DNA of 64,000 nucleotides, from NCBI GenBank assembly GCA_051294375.1, contig CM119268.1, positions 10,052,370 through 10,116,369 of the forward strand. The letters are read 5' to 3'. This document shows, piece by piece, positions 28,978 to 42,250 of the stretch. The notes under the pieces were generated by a model that ran no database searches, was not told where the DNA came from, and worked only from the letters and a program-made list of their open reading frames with translations. The DNA comes from Paraspadella gotoi (Eukaryota; Animalia; Chaetognatha). Position 1 is the first letter of the stretch. Each line of letters opens with the position of its first letter. The position numbers and the translations under genes were made by a program.

Positions 28978-31900
28978 TCATTGCGGTTTGCAAGCATTTC
29001 TGTCTTTTTTCTTGGTGCCTTTGCCGCCGTTCTCCTTCGCGAGGGAGTTGGCAACGGCGTGAGCCTGGCTCTGCTGAAGCGTGGAACGCTTCGTGCCGCG
29101 CACCAGCATCATCGGCGGGGGCTCGACGTCCTCGTCCTCCCAATCCACTTCTTCAACGAAGGGATCGCCGGAGGAAGGGGCGATGGAAATTCGCTGCTGC
29201 GGCCGAGCGGCGCTCGCGGGCGGATGCTCACTGCCCCCGTTAGAACGGCCGCCACTTCCTCCGCTCGAAGGCCAGGCACAAGACAGGCGGGGAGAGACGG
29301 GAGGAAAGATGGCGGAGAGGTCTTGCGAAAGGCGGGGATCGCGGGCGTAGGCCGGTACAGAGGAAGGGGAAAAGTCGTCCTCTGTCGTGGCGGAAGTTGC
29401 CGAGAAGGAAATGTCGCGGCAGAGACGGTCAAGGCTGTCACCCGACGAAAGTCCGTCCGGTGAGAAGTCCGCGACACGGCAAATGTCCGACGCAGGCGAG
29501 GATGCGTTGAACTCGCCCTTACGTAACCGTCGTTGGTAGGTTGGATCGATAGCCATGGCGACGTTGATACAGTTGACGGGAGACCTATTCGTTGTTATGA
29601 GGTTATAGAGTGCTATAAACACTACCTACTTATCAAAGTGTTAAATCCTACTGGATTTTGAGCATTCCGTTTTGATCTTCGGTGGCTCCGCCGAGAAGAA
29701 CAACGGAATTTCTGTGTCTCCCTGTGGCGGGGGATTTTTTCTTGGACGATCCGTTGCGCCGATTACGAGAGAACAAACCCGCTGAAGAGGGTGCAAAAAA
29801 TAGGTCGAATTTGATGAACATCAATGTTAATAATTCAATAATAATTTTTTCTAAACAAAAATCGCTAATGTTGGAATGAAATTTTTAAAGGATCCCTAGA
29901 ACTGTTAAAATTTCTTATTGGTAACTTGTTTAATATAACATTGGTTTCGATTCTTATTAATTTTACGCATTAATTTATCAAGTAGTATTATATAACTTCC
30001 GTGATTTTCCATCAAAATGATATAATGATGATGATATAATCACCGTTTTTCTCAACATCCTTGTCTGGTGTGGAGCACCGATCCGACGACGACGACGTGT
30101 GCGTCTGATAGACGGAGGCTGGTCTCGAGGCGCCGGAACAGAAACCAGACGTGGTGGCAGAAGCCGCACCGTTGCCAGCATGGCGGCTTGAGGGTGAGGC
30201 GGGCGAGGCGCTTGGAGACGCCGAAATTGAGACACCACCGTATAGCGAAGAAGGACGAGCGTTCGGGTAAGCCGGTAGATTTACTGCAAGACCCAATAAA
30301 AACCGTGAATAGGGTGAATTGGATTCCGGCAGAGTTCTTCCAGAATAACTTACCCGTCGGTGGCGAAGATGGCGGATTTTGTTTCGACAAGGCCGAGTGA
30401 CCGTTGGGCCGGAAGAGGGCGTGATTCGTGCAAGATGTGGCGGATGAGTGAGTAGAAGGACTCGTGGCGAGAGAGACGTCGGTTTCGGACGAGTGAACGG
30501 CGCGAGGCGAGCACGGAGGCAGGGACGGCCCGGGGGGAGGACGGAAAGGGCCGGTTCGCCGGAAAGGATGATGGGCATCGCTCGACGAACATCGTTCGAT
30601 GAAGCGGCCGCTTCCGACCTCCACGAAATCGCCTTCCGAGAAAGAATTGTCAACGGCGGAAATTCCAGCGGCTCCATCAACCCAGTGTGTCACCTAAGAG
30701 CACACGAGTGAACATTAAACCATTTTTTACCATTTTAATACAAAACAAATCGTTTCATGTACTTTGGCATCGTCGCTTTGACATGAAAAATTTTCGTCAG
30801 TTGAAATCTCCATTGTCCCGTTCATCGTTGTAAGACGGCGAACCTTTCAAATTCAATAGAATCAATTCATAAATGTCGATTTAAGAGATCGAGTTTGATT
30901 TTGGAGATTAATTTGTGACTATCTTCAGTATTCATTCTTCACCTGAGCGGGTGAAGACAACGAAGGCAATAGTTTGATCCTGGCGCGTTGACTCTTTGGC
31001 GTGAGCGGTGCCTCGACTAGAGGTTGCAGTGCCGGGCGGAGATGAAGGCGCTCCTCCTCAAAGGAATGGCGCGCCGAGGTGGGGGCCTCAGAGTCCGTCG
31101 ACACGTCGCCATCTCGACCGCGAGAGGACGTGTCGTCCAGGAACGAAGAGGCGCTAGAGGGCGAGGTTGGGAGCCCCGACGTTTGCGGCGCCGTGGAAAC
31201 CACAGCGCCGCCCCCAACGGCGGCCGCGAAGCTTTGACGGACGAATCCGGAGGGAGCTGCCGCCAGGGAAGAAGGAAGGTCGATGGGAGATTCCGGATCG
31301 GGAGTGTATCTAAGAAATGATGTGTTGCTTGAAAGTTAAGACGGTGGAAGAAAGGTGACAAAACTCTTTGCTATGCCATGCTTATTAGGTAGATACTCAC
31401 CGCAATGGATCGCCGCCTCGTTCTGAGAGCGCGTGACTATCCTCGTAACCTGGCGGCGGACCGTCGTCGAAATTAGAAATGGACTGGGAACGCGTTTCGA
31501 TCGAGCGAGCGGATCGATCGCTGCGCTCGCGACCTCCTTCCCTTCTTCTCTCGCGATTCTTACGAGCTCGCTTTTTCTCTTCTTCTTGAAGAGCGCGAGC
31601 CAACGCCGCATCCTGAGGAGAAAAACAAACAAAATGTAGGAGCGGGACGGGATAAATTGTACATTTACTGTTTAGGATCTTCCCGGTCGGTGATTTTTAT
31701 GCACAAACGTAAAAAAGTTTTTTTCCGCTAATGGTTTCTTGAATATTACCCCAACCACCCTTAACCGTAATCAGTAACCACCCCTAATCCTAACTTCCCC
31801 TATTCCTAACCACCCTTAACCCAAGCCCCCTAACCACCCCTAGCTACCAATAAAACTAACTACTCCTGACGCTAACCTTAACCATCCCGAACCCTAAATA

Positions 31901-34402
31901 TCCTTAACCTTAACAAACCTTACCGAGGTTAGATACAACAAGGAAAAAATATAATGCGAATAAAAAGATAACCGACCGGTGAAAGTAAATCTAAACGTTT
32001 ACTTTGAAAAGTTATTTCAATTGAAGAATTTCATTTAACCAGCTGACTACAAAACCTACTTTAGCTTCCAACTCCATTCGTTGTCGTTGATCGACGAGTT
32101 CCCGAGTGTCGCAGCCCTCGAAGCTAAAATCGCTGAGAGGAGACGACACTTGACTGAGTCCCGAGTGCGATCGCGAATGTGAGACTTCGGACAAGGGCCT
32201 CGACCGCGACAATTCCACCTCAGGTCTAGCAACGGCGTCCGCGGGGTCGCCACGTGAGCGGCGCTTCTCGGCCGCTCTCTCCTTCCTTTCTCGAGAAGGT
32301 TGACGCCTCGGGACGTCGGCCGCTCCCCGAGAGTCCCCTCTCGCGCCTCCGACGACGACGACGTCCTGGTCGGCTTCAGCGGTTGCTCCGAGTCTCATCC
32401 TTTCCGCTTCCGCCGTCAAGGCCTCCACTTCCTCATCCCCACAGACTGCTTGGCCACCCTCGGCCCGCCGGTGTTCTCTCTCGGCTTCCTTTTCTCGCTT
32501 CTTCTCCGCTTCCTTGTCCCTCTTTTTTTCCAGGTAACGCTGATATCGTTTCTCCTCTTTGGCCTGGAGCGCTTTGGCGTATTCTTCGTCCCGGAGATTC
32601 TGCGCCGTTTGTCGTTGCGTCTCCTCGATTAAGATGCGCCTGAAAACAGACTTAATTCGTAATTATTTATTTTTCTCGTTCGAAAACGAACCACGAACGT
32701 CTTCAAAAACTTTCCCGGTAGATTTGATATACCTTTTAGTTAATTGAGAGAATTTATAAGGGTCCAACCGCGAAAAAAAAAGAGGCAAGCAAAGACAAAA
32801 AGCGTGCGAGTCATTAATAAGCAAACCCATAAATATTATAAATTGCGTCCGACAGGAGGAGAGAAATGTAGGTGCGTTTCAGACTAACACCCGAAATATT
32901 TCAGCTAAAAATCCATTTTCCTTTTTCATTTCAAAAATCTCATTAGTACATTTTGTTATATAAAAAAGCGTATTATTGGTACAATCAATAGAAAAATATC
33001 AACTTAAAGAAAGTTTAAAAACGCAACCTTTTTTTACGCGTAAAACCACAACACCAGAATTCAATACTGAAAAAAAGTTTAAGTGTAAGCTATGTATAAT
33101 ACGACAGTACGACTAATACTATATTTCTAATGAGGACAGTACGTGACAATTAAGGAATAAAGATTTAGAAATGTTGTCCAAGAAACTCCCGAGTTCATGG
33201 AATTACTTTCAACCTCTCTCCCTAGTTTCGGATCTTAATTTAATGCTCAGTTGTAAAACAATCTTGAGTAATGAGTATGCAGTACACGCTAAATAGTAAA
33301 TAGTAAGAATATGATCTAACCGAATAACACTTCAAATAAAAAATATTATTCAATAGTCGTTATACATATGGAGCTGGATCCGGTTGAGAAATGCCACCAA
33401 CCTCTAACTTTTATGAGAGGTTGTCACAAGAACAATCAACAGAGAAGCAAGATCATTTGTTATTGAGCAACGTAAAAAAAAGCTTTCAAACATCATTGGC
33501 CAAAGGGAAAAATAAAATTCTAAAAGTTTATTTTTGTTATTTAAATATTATAAGTAAGACAGAGGATATGATTCGCACCACGTTAAAAGTAGTTGACATC
33601 ACACGACCCAGAAAAAAAACTTACTGGTGAATCTCAGCGGCGATCCGGGCGTCGTCCTCCTCTCTCTGTATCTTTGTCTCCATCTCCTTGAAACGGGCCT
33701 CCTGTTCCAACTCTTCCTGCGTGCGTTTGGCGATGCTAACGTCCTGCCTCACCTAAGTTGACAAAATCAATTGTGGAAAGAAAATAGCGTCAAAGTGGAA
33801 TAATTCCTCTCTTTTAGTATTTACTGAAAGTACGTATTCTCAAGTGGCCGATCCCCAGTATCGAAATTCGAGAACAAACCAGTTTTAATACGATTAGTTA
33901 ATCCAGAGTCAAGTAGCGAGACAAACAGGATTTCTTTTTAATATTGCTCGTATTTTATTTTTTGAAAGATTAATATAACATTCTTTGTAGCATAGTTTAG
34001 AACACTCAAGGGGATATTACTTGATTGTTTAGTCAATAGTCATTAGTCAATTACTAAATACTTCTATAATAAAGTTTGAAAACATTTAGGTGCGCCAGCC
34101 AGTTTCAACATGCCCATATCGTTCAAAAATCAAAGGGAAAGGAGGAGTACATTAAAAACCGGCTTTTTAATTACAATTAGTCAAAAGCCGTTAGTCATTC
34201 TTCCGAATATCATTTAAAAACGCACCGTCTGCCTTTGCGCTCGGTTGAAGTTGACCTTCCCCGTGATTTCCTCGTTCTGCAGATGATAAGCCAGAGCGCC
34301 GTCCTCGTGCACGCTCCATTGCTGTCGGACTCGTTGGACTTTTCCGACCGGAAAGTTTTCCGGTGGACAAGCGGCTCCGGGCGGAAGACCCTCCCTGGCC
34401 AT
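28978..34402 (-). CDS. CCDC50: CCDC50/Ymer-like ubiquitin-binding protein, multi-exon
   Basis: N-terminus VQRVRQQWSVHEDGALAYHLQNEEI...NRAQRQT|VRQDVSIAKRTQEE matches CCDC50_N. MIU-like DEEYAKALQAKEE and DAALARALQEEE, PPGY motif. The C-terminal exon chain is less certain. Confidence 0.75.
31671..31995. mobile_element. Inverted-repeat-flanked element with a degenerate CCTAAC/TTAACC core (non-autonomous, intronic)
   Basis: CCGGTCGGT (31683-31691) and ACCGACCGG (31971-31979) sit in imperfect ~30-bp inverted arms. The interior 31749-31922 is C-rich and made of cctaac/ttaacc-like units. Confidence 0.55.
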
Positions 34403-35071
34403 AGTCGCCTTTGCTCAAAGGCGAACCGAGTCGGAGACCAGATAAGGAGAAAAGAAAACGGTCGGCGCCGCCACCGCCGCAGCCGAAACCGCGGGCATGT
34501 CTAGAGGCCCAGATCCTGCTCACGCAAGGCTTGGTCAAGATAAGAAGTCCAGGTGACACAGAATGAAGGAATGATTTCGAAGCTGGGGTAATAACAAAAT
34601 CGCGTTTAAAAAAAAAATTCAATCGCCTACCGGCCCTACGATTTGACGTTAAAATCGTTCAATAAAAATATTCGGCGGGAGACAGAGAAAGCTGTTATTT
34701 CTACGTTAACGTTAAAAATATAAATAAATTAAAAAACGAGTTATGTAAAAAGGATATGGCATCTGTGATATTAAGGAATAAAACCGTGCATCGTTATTGA
34801 TGTTACTTAAATTATTCACCGAATAAAAAGTGTGTTATTACAAAAGTCTTCGGTAAATTTTTTCGGTAATAAATTATCAAGCCGCTTGATTTTATATCGT
34901 CTGCAACAATTTCCTTTACGGTTTCCAGTACCTCTGTTCTGGTTTCCCCAAAAGAATTCACTACAATACTTTTAATAAGATACGGACGACCGCGAAAAAA
35001 ATACGTTTCGCAGCTCAGAAATCAATATTGACGTTCAGTCGGCTTGCTTTTGACCGAGACGTTTTAGCGGT

Positions 35072-38000
35072 TCACGCTTCAGCCTTAGTCGCGGGAGTTT
35101 TAAACGTTTCGGCGAGTTTGGGCCACAGGTTCTGCGGAATCCTCGCTTCAAAAGAAAAACGGAAGTCGCTCCCTCTGGTGTCGAAGGCCGAAGTGGAAGA
35201 AGCGAGCGCGAGAATCGCTTCGAATTTGAGCGACGTGACCGTCGAAGGCGATCTAAAAGTTTGATAACGTATACTACTAATTGTTGATTATGAATATTAC
35301 AAGACAATTGAAATTAGACAATAGACATACGTTTCTTGACCGACTATGTGTTCCTCGATAAAGTTTGCGAGCAAGACGCAGGAGAGGTCTTGCTCGATGA
35401 TAATTCGATTCTCCGCATTGTCGTAGCAGCAAGAGATCATCGTGGGAAAAAGAATAGAACGAAGTTTGGGATCCGAGAGGTATTGGAATGGAAGGAGGCA
35501 GAGCTGCTGAAGGATTGAAGGGCGAGAACCGGACTGGATCACGTTTTGATTGTCAGGATTGAGGATAGCGAAGTAACTGAAAGGTCGTTAATGAAAAAAA
35601 TAAATCGGAAGGGGGTAAAATGGGAGAAGAATTTTGAAATCAAGGCAAAAATGCGCATCGGCGAAGGGTACCAAATATTTTTTTAAATTAATATCATTAG
35701 CGATTACTCAGCTTGCAGGGCTTTTATGAGAAAAACCTCACCCTATGGAAAGAATGACTTCGTGAAGAAGAATCTGAAATCGATTCGTCAGTTTCGAAGA
35801 TTTTAAGTCGCTGTTAGAGCCCATCGATTTGAGGCAACAGCGTATGAGAAAACTAAAACAGAGAGGAAAAATAGGCTGAGGTTTGTCATTAAAATACAAA
35901 TCTTGAAAAAAATCAAAACATAAGCGATTGTTTCTGTACCTGCAAATGTGGCGGAATTCCAAGGAGATGCCTTCTTGGCCCACCGTAGTTTGGAATGCAA
36001 TGAGATCACAGAGTGAAAAAGAATTGAGCAAGCGGAAGCCCAATATGGCGATGCTTAAGACACCTACGAGAAGACACAGTAAAATCATTCATCGTTTTGG
36101 CAGAATAGCAAATGATAGATTTAAGCATACTTGATGAGAGGGGAAACTGTTCATCGTCCTCTGAACAGTTGGGGAGAAGAATTCCGTACATAAAAGAGAC
36201 GACGCCGCAAACACCTGTACCTCTAAACGCGGACACCAACTGAGTCTGATCCTCGTACTTTTTGGGACGGATGACTGAATAAATTACTTTCAAAAAATGA
36301 TTAAGAGAAAAAAAGAACAATAGAAAAATGAATTTTTACCTTCGAACTTTTTGTCTTTCTCTCTGAGCATCAAGAGCTGAGTTGAGGCGATTAGAAATCC
36401 CAGAATACGCTGCATAAATTCTCCTAATTCGGCGTCAATGGCGAGGCGGGCTTCGTTTCCGGTGCCCGTTTCGCACGTAACGTGGAACACGACGTAGTTT
36501 AGTTTGTCGAGGATACCAGTACTAATTACGTAACTGATGACATCCTGCGTATAAGAGGCGAAAGTCGCTTCGTCAACGCCCACTTTGTCCCGGAAACGAT
36601 TGACGTTGTTGTTATTATTATTGTTAGAGCCTTCGGAGGCGGTTAAACCGAATTGCAACGCTTCCATGACCACCGTGACGGTGTGGAGCAGCGATTGCAC
36701 TACCGCGTCTCCGACGAACGATTTTAAAAAGGGGTTTCCAGCCGCAACTTCGTGAACGTCGGCCGTGTCAGGGACCAGACATTTGAGCTGCTTGGCCGCC
36801 ACGTCTATGAGAATCGAGATCTTGTTGGTGAGGAGAATGTAGTTGGCGTTGTCGAAGCAACAAAGAGTCAGATGACGAATGATGTTCGACACGCTCAAAA
36901 CCGTTTTTACGGGAAAAGTGGGAACCGGTGCTGCAGCGGCGGCTGCGGATACCGGCAGAGGGGCGGCCGCGTCGCACACGTGAACGAAGATACGGAAAAG
37001 TTGTTGAATGCCGCCGACGTTCTTCAGAGCGATCTGATCCATGAAATCTGGCGTCGTCCCGGAGGCAGTTTTGTTGTTGACGTCGAGGATACGGTTCAGC
37101 TCTCCAAGGGATTTATCAAGCGATTGTAGCTTTTGCGGCTGCAGTGCTCCTTTCTGTTGAGTATCTAGCATTCGTTGAATGTCTTTAACGGCTTTGATGA
37201 TCTTCGCCCGGTTCTTGCTGAACGCTCCAGCATCGGTCGACGCGGAGGGAAGCTTGTTTTCGAACTCGCTCCCGCGGGCCAACATTCTCTGGCGAAGTTT
37301 TTTGTATCGTTTCTTGGCCGCTTTTTGACGCTCCTTTTCCGCCATGACCGCTGGGTCGACGAACTCGTCGGGAGCATCGACGATGTGATTCAAATTGGTT
37401 CGTTCCATCGCCTCTTGAGTCGGATCTTGCGAAGGATCAAGCTTAGCACGAACAGCAGTTCTGAAGGAAGAGCATTGACGCGTTAAAACAACAAAAAAAG
37501 AAAGAACGAAAAGCCCAACTACCTGTATTTTTATAATTACCTGTGGCTCTTGCCCCTCAGGTGACTTTGAAGAACGACCTCAGATGCTATGGAGACGTTG
37601 CAAAGGGTACACATCTTTTTGGCTGGGTAAGGCACATTCTTAGGATTGGGAAGCTCTGACAAGTCGTCTTGCGAAGAACAGTGACGGATGCTCATTTCGA
37701 ATGCCTTGGCGCGAGTTTCCTCCAGGTGTTCTTCGTGGCGTCGCGCGTAATCTCTTTCCTTTTTCTCAATCTTTTTCTGCAGCTCTTCCATCGAGGCTTG
37801 CTGCTGGGTCTTCAACTCTTGCAATCTGGCTTCTCTTTCCTTTTCTTTTAAGCGCGCTGCTTCCAGTCGTTCTCTCTCCTGTTCATTTGGGCGAAAGACA
37901 TAAAAATAATTGGAGTTGATTTTGAAAATAAAGGCTTTGTGGTTCACCTTTTCCTGCTGCTGCTCTTCTATCTTCGCCTCCCGCATTTTCCTCTTCTCCA

Positions 38001-41000
38001 ACAGCTCTTGAAGTCGCGCCTGACGGTCGGTCTCGAGCGCGAGACGTCGTTGCTCAGCCGCCGCCTCTTTGGCCGCCTTTTCCTCCTGACGCTTTTGCCT
38101 CTCCTCCTCTCGCTCCACCATGCGTCGCTCTTGCACTTGACGCCTCTCCAAGACGTCGTGTCGTTTATTCTGCGCCTCTAGGCTGTTGATGAAGGCAATT
38201 TCGTTCGCCTGACCGAAAAGTCAAAAATAAGGAGTTAGGAACACTAGTCTACAAAATGTCCGTCGAGAGCATCGCCTGACCTTTTCGTCTTCGACATGAG
38301 CTTTTTTAATTTTCTGATCTAGCATTTGCTTCCTTTTCTCCTCAGCTTTCTTCAACTTTTCCTCCATGCGCTCCCGCTTAGCAATGGCCACATCGGCCAA
38401 ATTGGCTCTAATGATTTCCCGCTTCTCCGTGAGGACCTTCAGCCTGAAAAAGATATTGGTTCGATGACGTGGCTCAACGAGAAAATATAGCCTTTAAAAT
38501 GAAAACGCCACCTCAGCATCTGATCTTTTTTTAGCTTGGCCCTAAGCGAGTCAGCAGTGGCCTGTCGCGCCTCGGATCTTTTAAGGGATTCAGATATGTC
38601 GGGCTTTCTCGAAGGCGAGGACAGCTTTTCATGAAGCTCCAGGCTGCGACCAGGTGGACGAATCTCGCCGGGTGGAAGAGCGCTCACCCGCTCCGCTTCT
38701 TCGACCTAGGAAAAACAAAGCAATGTATGCTGTTTTAGAAAAATAGAATGAAGATCGAGTACTGGAGAGGTTTGAGAAATCCTTGAATCACCATGTCAGC
38801 CCAAGAAGAACTCTGATCGGCCGCTTGAAGGTCGTACAAGCGGACCAACTCGTCGAACTCGACGTCCTCTTCCTCGTCACGTTGGTTTTGCATCGCTTCT
38901 AAAAAAAAGTAAAAAAATTGTCCACGAGAAATTAAACTTAACGCTACGACACTCACCCGCCATCTGTTGTTGAACCTCGGCCATCAACGCTTCCTTAACA
39001 GTCTCTTCAATGAGTAATTCCGATGAGCGTTCCCTCTCTATCTCGCGCTCTAACTCTTCCTCCTGTTGAGTCAACTGCTGCTCTAACGCGTCGTTGGCTT
39101 CGTCCATGAGAGAGTCCGCGTCATCCTCGCATTGCAGGGCCTCGTCCGCCGCTTCCTCGCTTGGCAGCGTCGAGTCCGCCGGAGCCGCTGCCGACGAAAT
39201 ATCCTCCGTGCTTCGATCCGCCTCTTCGGACGCCAGCGAAATCGTTTTATCAAGCTCGCAAGAATCGTCCACGGTCAGAGAGTCGAGTTCCTTCCCTTCT
39301 TCCCCAAGAACGGTTTTAGCGTCAACCTTTTTAGCCGTCTCCTCGGCTCTGGGCGGCGGACGAGAGGTCTTCTTAGACGGAGTTTTGACTAAAGGATCTT
39401 TTCCGCTCTTTTTTAAACTCTCGTTACTCGCCGTCGGTGACGACTTTGCTTTGGACAAAGAAGCCTTGTTGTTTTCCTTTCCGGAAGACCCGTTGTTGAC
39501 ATTTCTAATGGAAGATTTGTTAGTTTTGACGACGGATGTTTTGACAGGCGTCATCGTTTTGGCAGATCGTTGCGGAGTCGCGGGGGAGGGACTCGGAATC
39601 GATGGTTTTTCAGCAGATTTGTCGGAATCTTCTTCATCGACGTTGTTCGATGCATTATCTTCCTCGGGAGATTTCTTCTCGGGCGTCGTCGTAGTATCGG
39701 TCACAACAGCCGTTCCTTTTTCCTTCACTTCTTTGGTCAACTCTTGCTCGGGCAGCGCGCGCATTTCTTCTTCCTTGTCCGACACGGCTTTGGGCTTGAG
39801 GGTCGACGATTTACGTTCGTAAGACGGTTTGGGTTCCGTCAAAGACTTTCTCTCGGTTGAGGACGACGATGAGAGCGACGTGGAGGAAGGTCTCTTCCCA
39901 GAATCGGAGGCGGACTTAATGCTCTTCAGCGATGATGCGGATGCGGAGGAGGACGGCGTAGAATGGACTTTCCCACCGGGGGTCGCGGAGGAAGCACCCT
40001 CGGTTTTCTTCGTTGGAGGCGCGACGACGGAGGAGATAGTCGTCGCCGTCGATGTCGATTTTTTTACCTGGGAAGAACTCTGTCGTCGTCCGTTTTGATC
40101 AGAAGACGGGGTTCCCGACTTGGAGGAGTTGCAAGTGGGTGGTCCTGAAGGGGGAAAGGGTAAACGTTTTGGTTTTTTGAACGTCTTTTGTAAAATGATA
40201 TCAATCTTAATTTTCCTCTCCCCTTTTCATAATCAAGTTTTGAATCTGACTGAGTTTTGAGGCTAATAAATTTGAGTATCATATACTATGTAATAAATTT
40301 GAAAACAAACCGGATCGACTGGAAGTGGATGAGGATATAGAACAGAGTGAGCCGCTCTTTTTCCTGCTCATTCGCTGAACTTTTTCCCATCCGTCGGATT
40401 CGTTCTCCTCTACAATCGTATCGTGCATGACGTCGTTAGGCGTCGGTGACGGCGCCAAATTGGACGCCGATACCTCCCGAGAGCTTTCCGGACTAGGACC
40501 GCAGCTCGAGATGGCGCTGCAGTTAATAAAGAAGAAGGGATAAATATCAAATAATAGAGATCTTCGAGGAGCAAGCTTTGGCCTTCGTAGCACACCTGTC
40601 GGCCGATGACGACGCCGAGAGTTTAACGGGGGTGACAGGACGAAAAGATTCTCCATTTTTGGCACTGCCAGCCTTTGGATTTGTCGTCTTCGCATTGGCT
40701 GTCTTCGCTGTCGTCGTTCCCTGACGTGGGCCGCGCACGCGGTCAGCCCAACTGCTGTTGGCGTTGCCGATACCGACTCCGTTCTTATCGCAGACTTTCT
40801 TCGTTCCGGGTGAGGGAACGGCGGGTTCCGCAGGATGGAGATCGGGTCCTGGGGAGGAAAGAGGTTGGTGCGGAACCAGCTTTTCGAAACCCAAATTCCT
40901 TCTCGCCGTCACGATGGATTCGCGGGAACTGCGAGTCGAGTTGATTGGGCTGCGGGACGAGGACCTGTTGAAAAATATATTGTATAATGTAGTACGTACA

Positions 41001-42250
41001 AAAGTATAAAAAAGTGCTTACTGCTTACCTATTCCTCCTGCTCAAAGAAGAATGCCTTGGGCCAGAAGGAGACACCAACTTCCTCACCTCCCAGGCCACG
41101 GACGTATGGCGATGTGGGTCCGCTTCGTACGCGTTCCTTACCTAGGTAGATATGAAAGAAAAACAGGATTTTTCTTAGATATCAAACAACGACGTACTAA
41201 CTAACGAACCTTCCAATATTCTATGAGCGAGTGGAAATCCTTAGTATGCCTCTCCAAGCATCGAATAACCTCTTTGCACTCGGTCTCGCTCTCGTCTCCC
41301 TCGCACATCTCGTAGATTTGATCGACGGCGCGTTCGAGGTTGTCGAACAGCAACGCCCAATACCGCGCCCGGTCGTATTTACGTCGCTGTTCCAGCGAGG
41401 GGGCGCTGTCGCTGGAACCTTGCGTCGAGCGGCGGGTGCGAGAAGGACCAGATCGACCACCACTCACGCTTCGATCGCGAGGAGTGGACCTCGAAGGCGG
41501 CGGCGGCGGCAGGAAGGGAATTTTCCATGTTTCAACATCGCTGGTGGGACGAGACTCCTCTTCTGACGCCCCTTCACCATCGTTGCCAACTTTTGAGACG
41601 GCCGCGGCAGCGGCGGATTCCTTGGAGACCTTGGAATCGCTCTGCTTTGAATACTGCTGCTGAGGCTGTCTCGATCGCGCCGTCGGTTTTTGAACGGGGA
41701 GGGATTGTGGCCGTCGTGGTGACGCAACGTTGTTTTGCGAGGCGACAACCTTCGCGCTGGCCGAATCGTTCGCCGTGGTCGCTTCCTTCGAAGGATCCTC
41801 CTTTGTTGTTTCCTGCTTCGACGATTCGCAACCATCACTCTTTTTTTCTTCCTGAAGAGGGACGCTGTAGGCCACCAAATTCCGAGCGGCGCGACCCTCC
41901 GCCTCGACCTTCCTTCTCACCTCGTTCTTTCCCGCAGAATGCGGTCGATCCGTCGCGGTAACGGCGGAGACCATGGGCGCGGCAGCTGAGGCCGCCGCGG
42001 CTCCGGGTTTCCGTCCACCCCACGCCTCCTTTCGACCTCCACCGCCTTTCTCTTTGACAGCATGTCGCTTCTCGGTCGCGGATTTCGGGCGGGTGTTGCA
42101 AAGAGCAGCCGAGGATGACGACACCGACGACGACGAAGACGACGCTCGAGGTAAGGCGATATTTTCCTGACTGCTCTGACGAGATGAACCCCCGGAGCTG
42201 GTGAGACTCTGGTTCGAGGAATACTTTTTCCCAGGGCCGTGATTACTCAT
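35072..42250 (-). CDS. SCAPER: S-phase cyclin A-associated protein in the ER, multi-exon
   Basis: RARYWALLFDNLERAVDQIYEMCE, RPPGRSLELHEKLSSPSRK, long coiled coil, finger CTLCNVSIASEVVLQSHLRGKSH, ILQQLCLLPFQYLSDP...LFPTMI. Last exon ends in TGA at 35072. Confidence 0.93.

Noticed and set aside
28693-29463. 256-aa plus-strand ORF
   Set aside because: GTG start, overlaps a GC-rich CCDC50-like exon, no domain; not credible as a strand-switch gene.
39094-39822. 242-aa Ser-rich plus-strand ORF
   Set aside because: Antisense mirror of a SCAPER exon; no recognisable motif.
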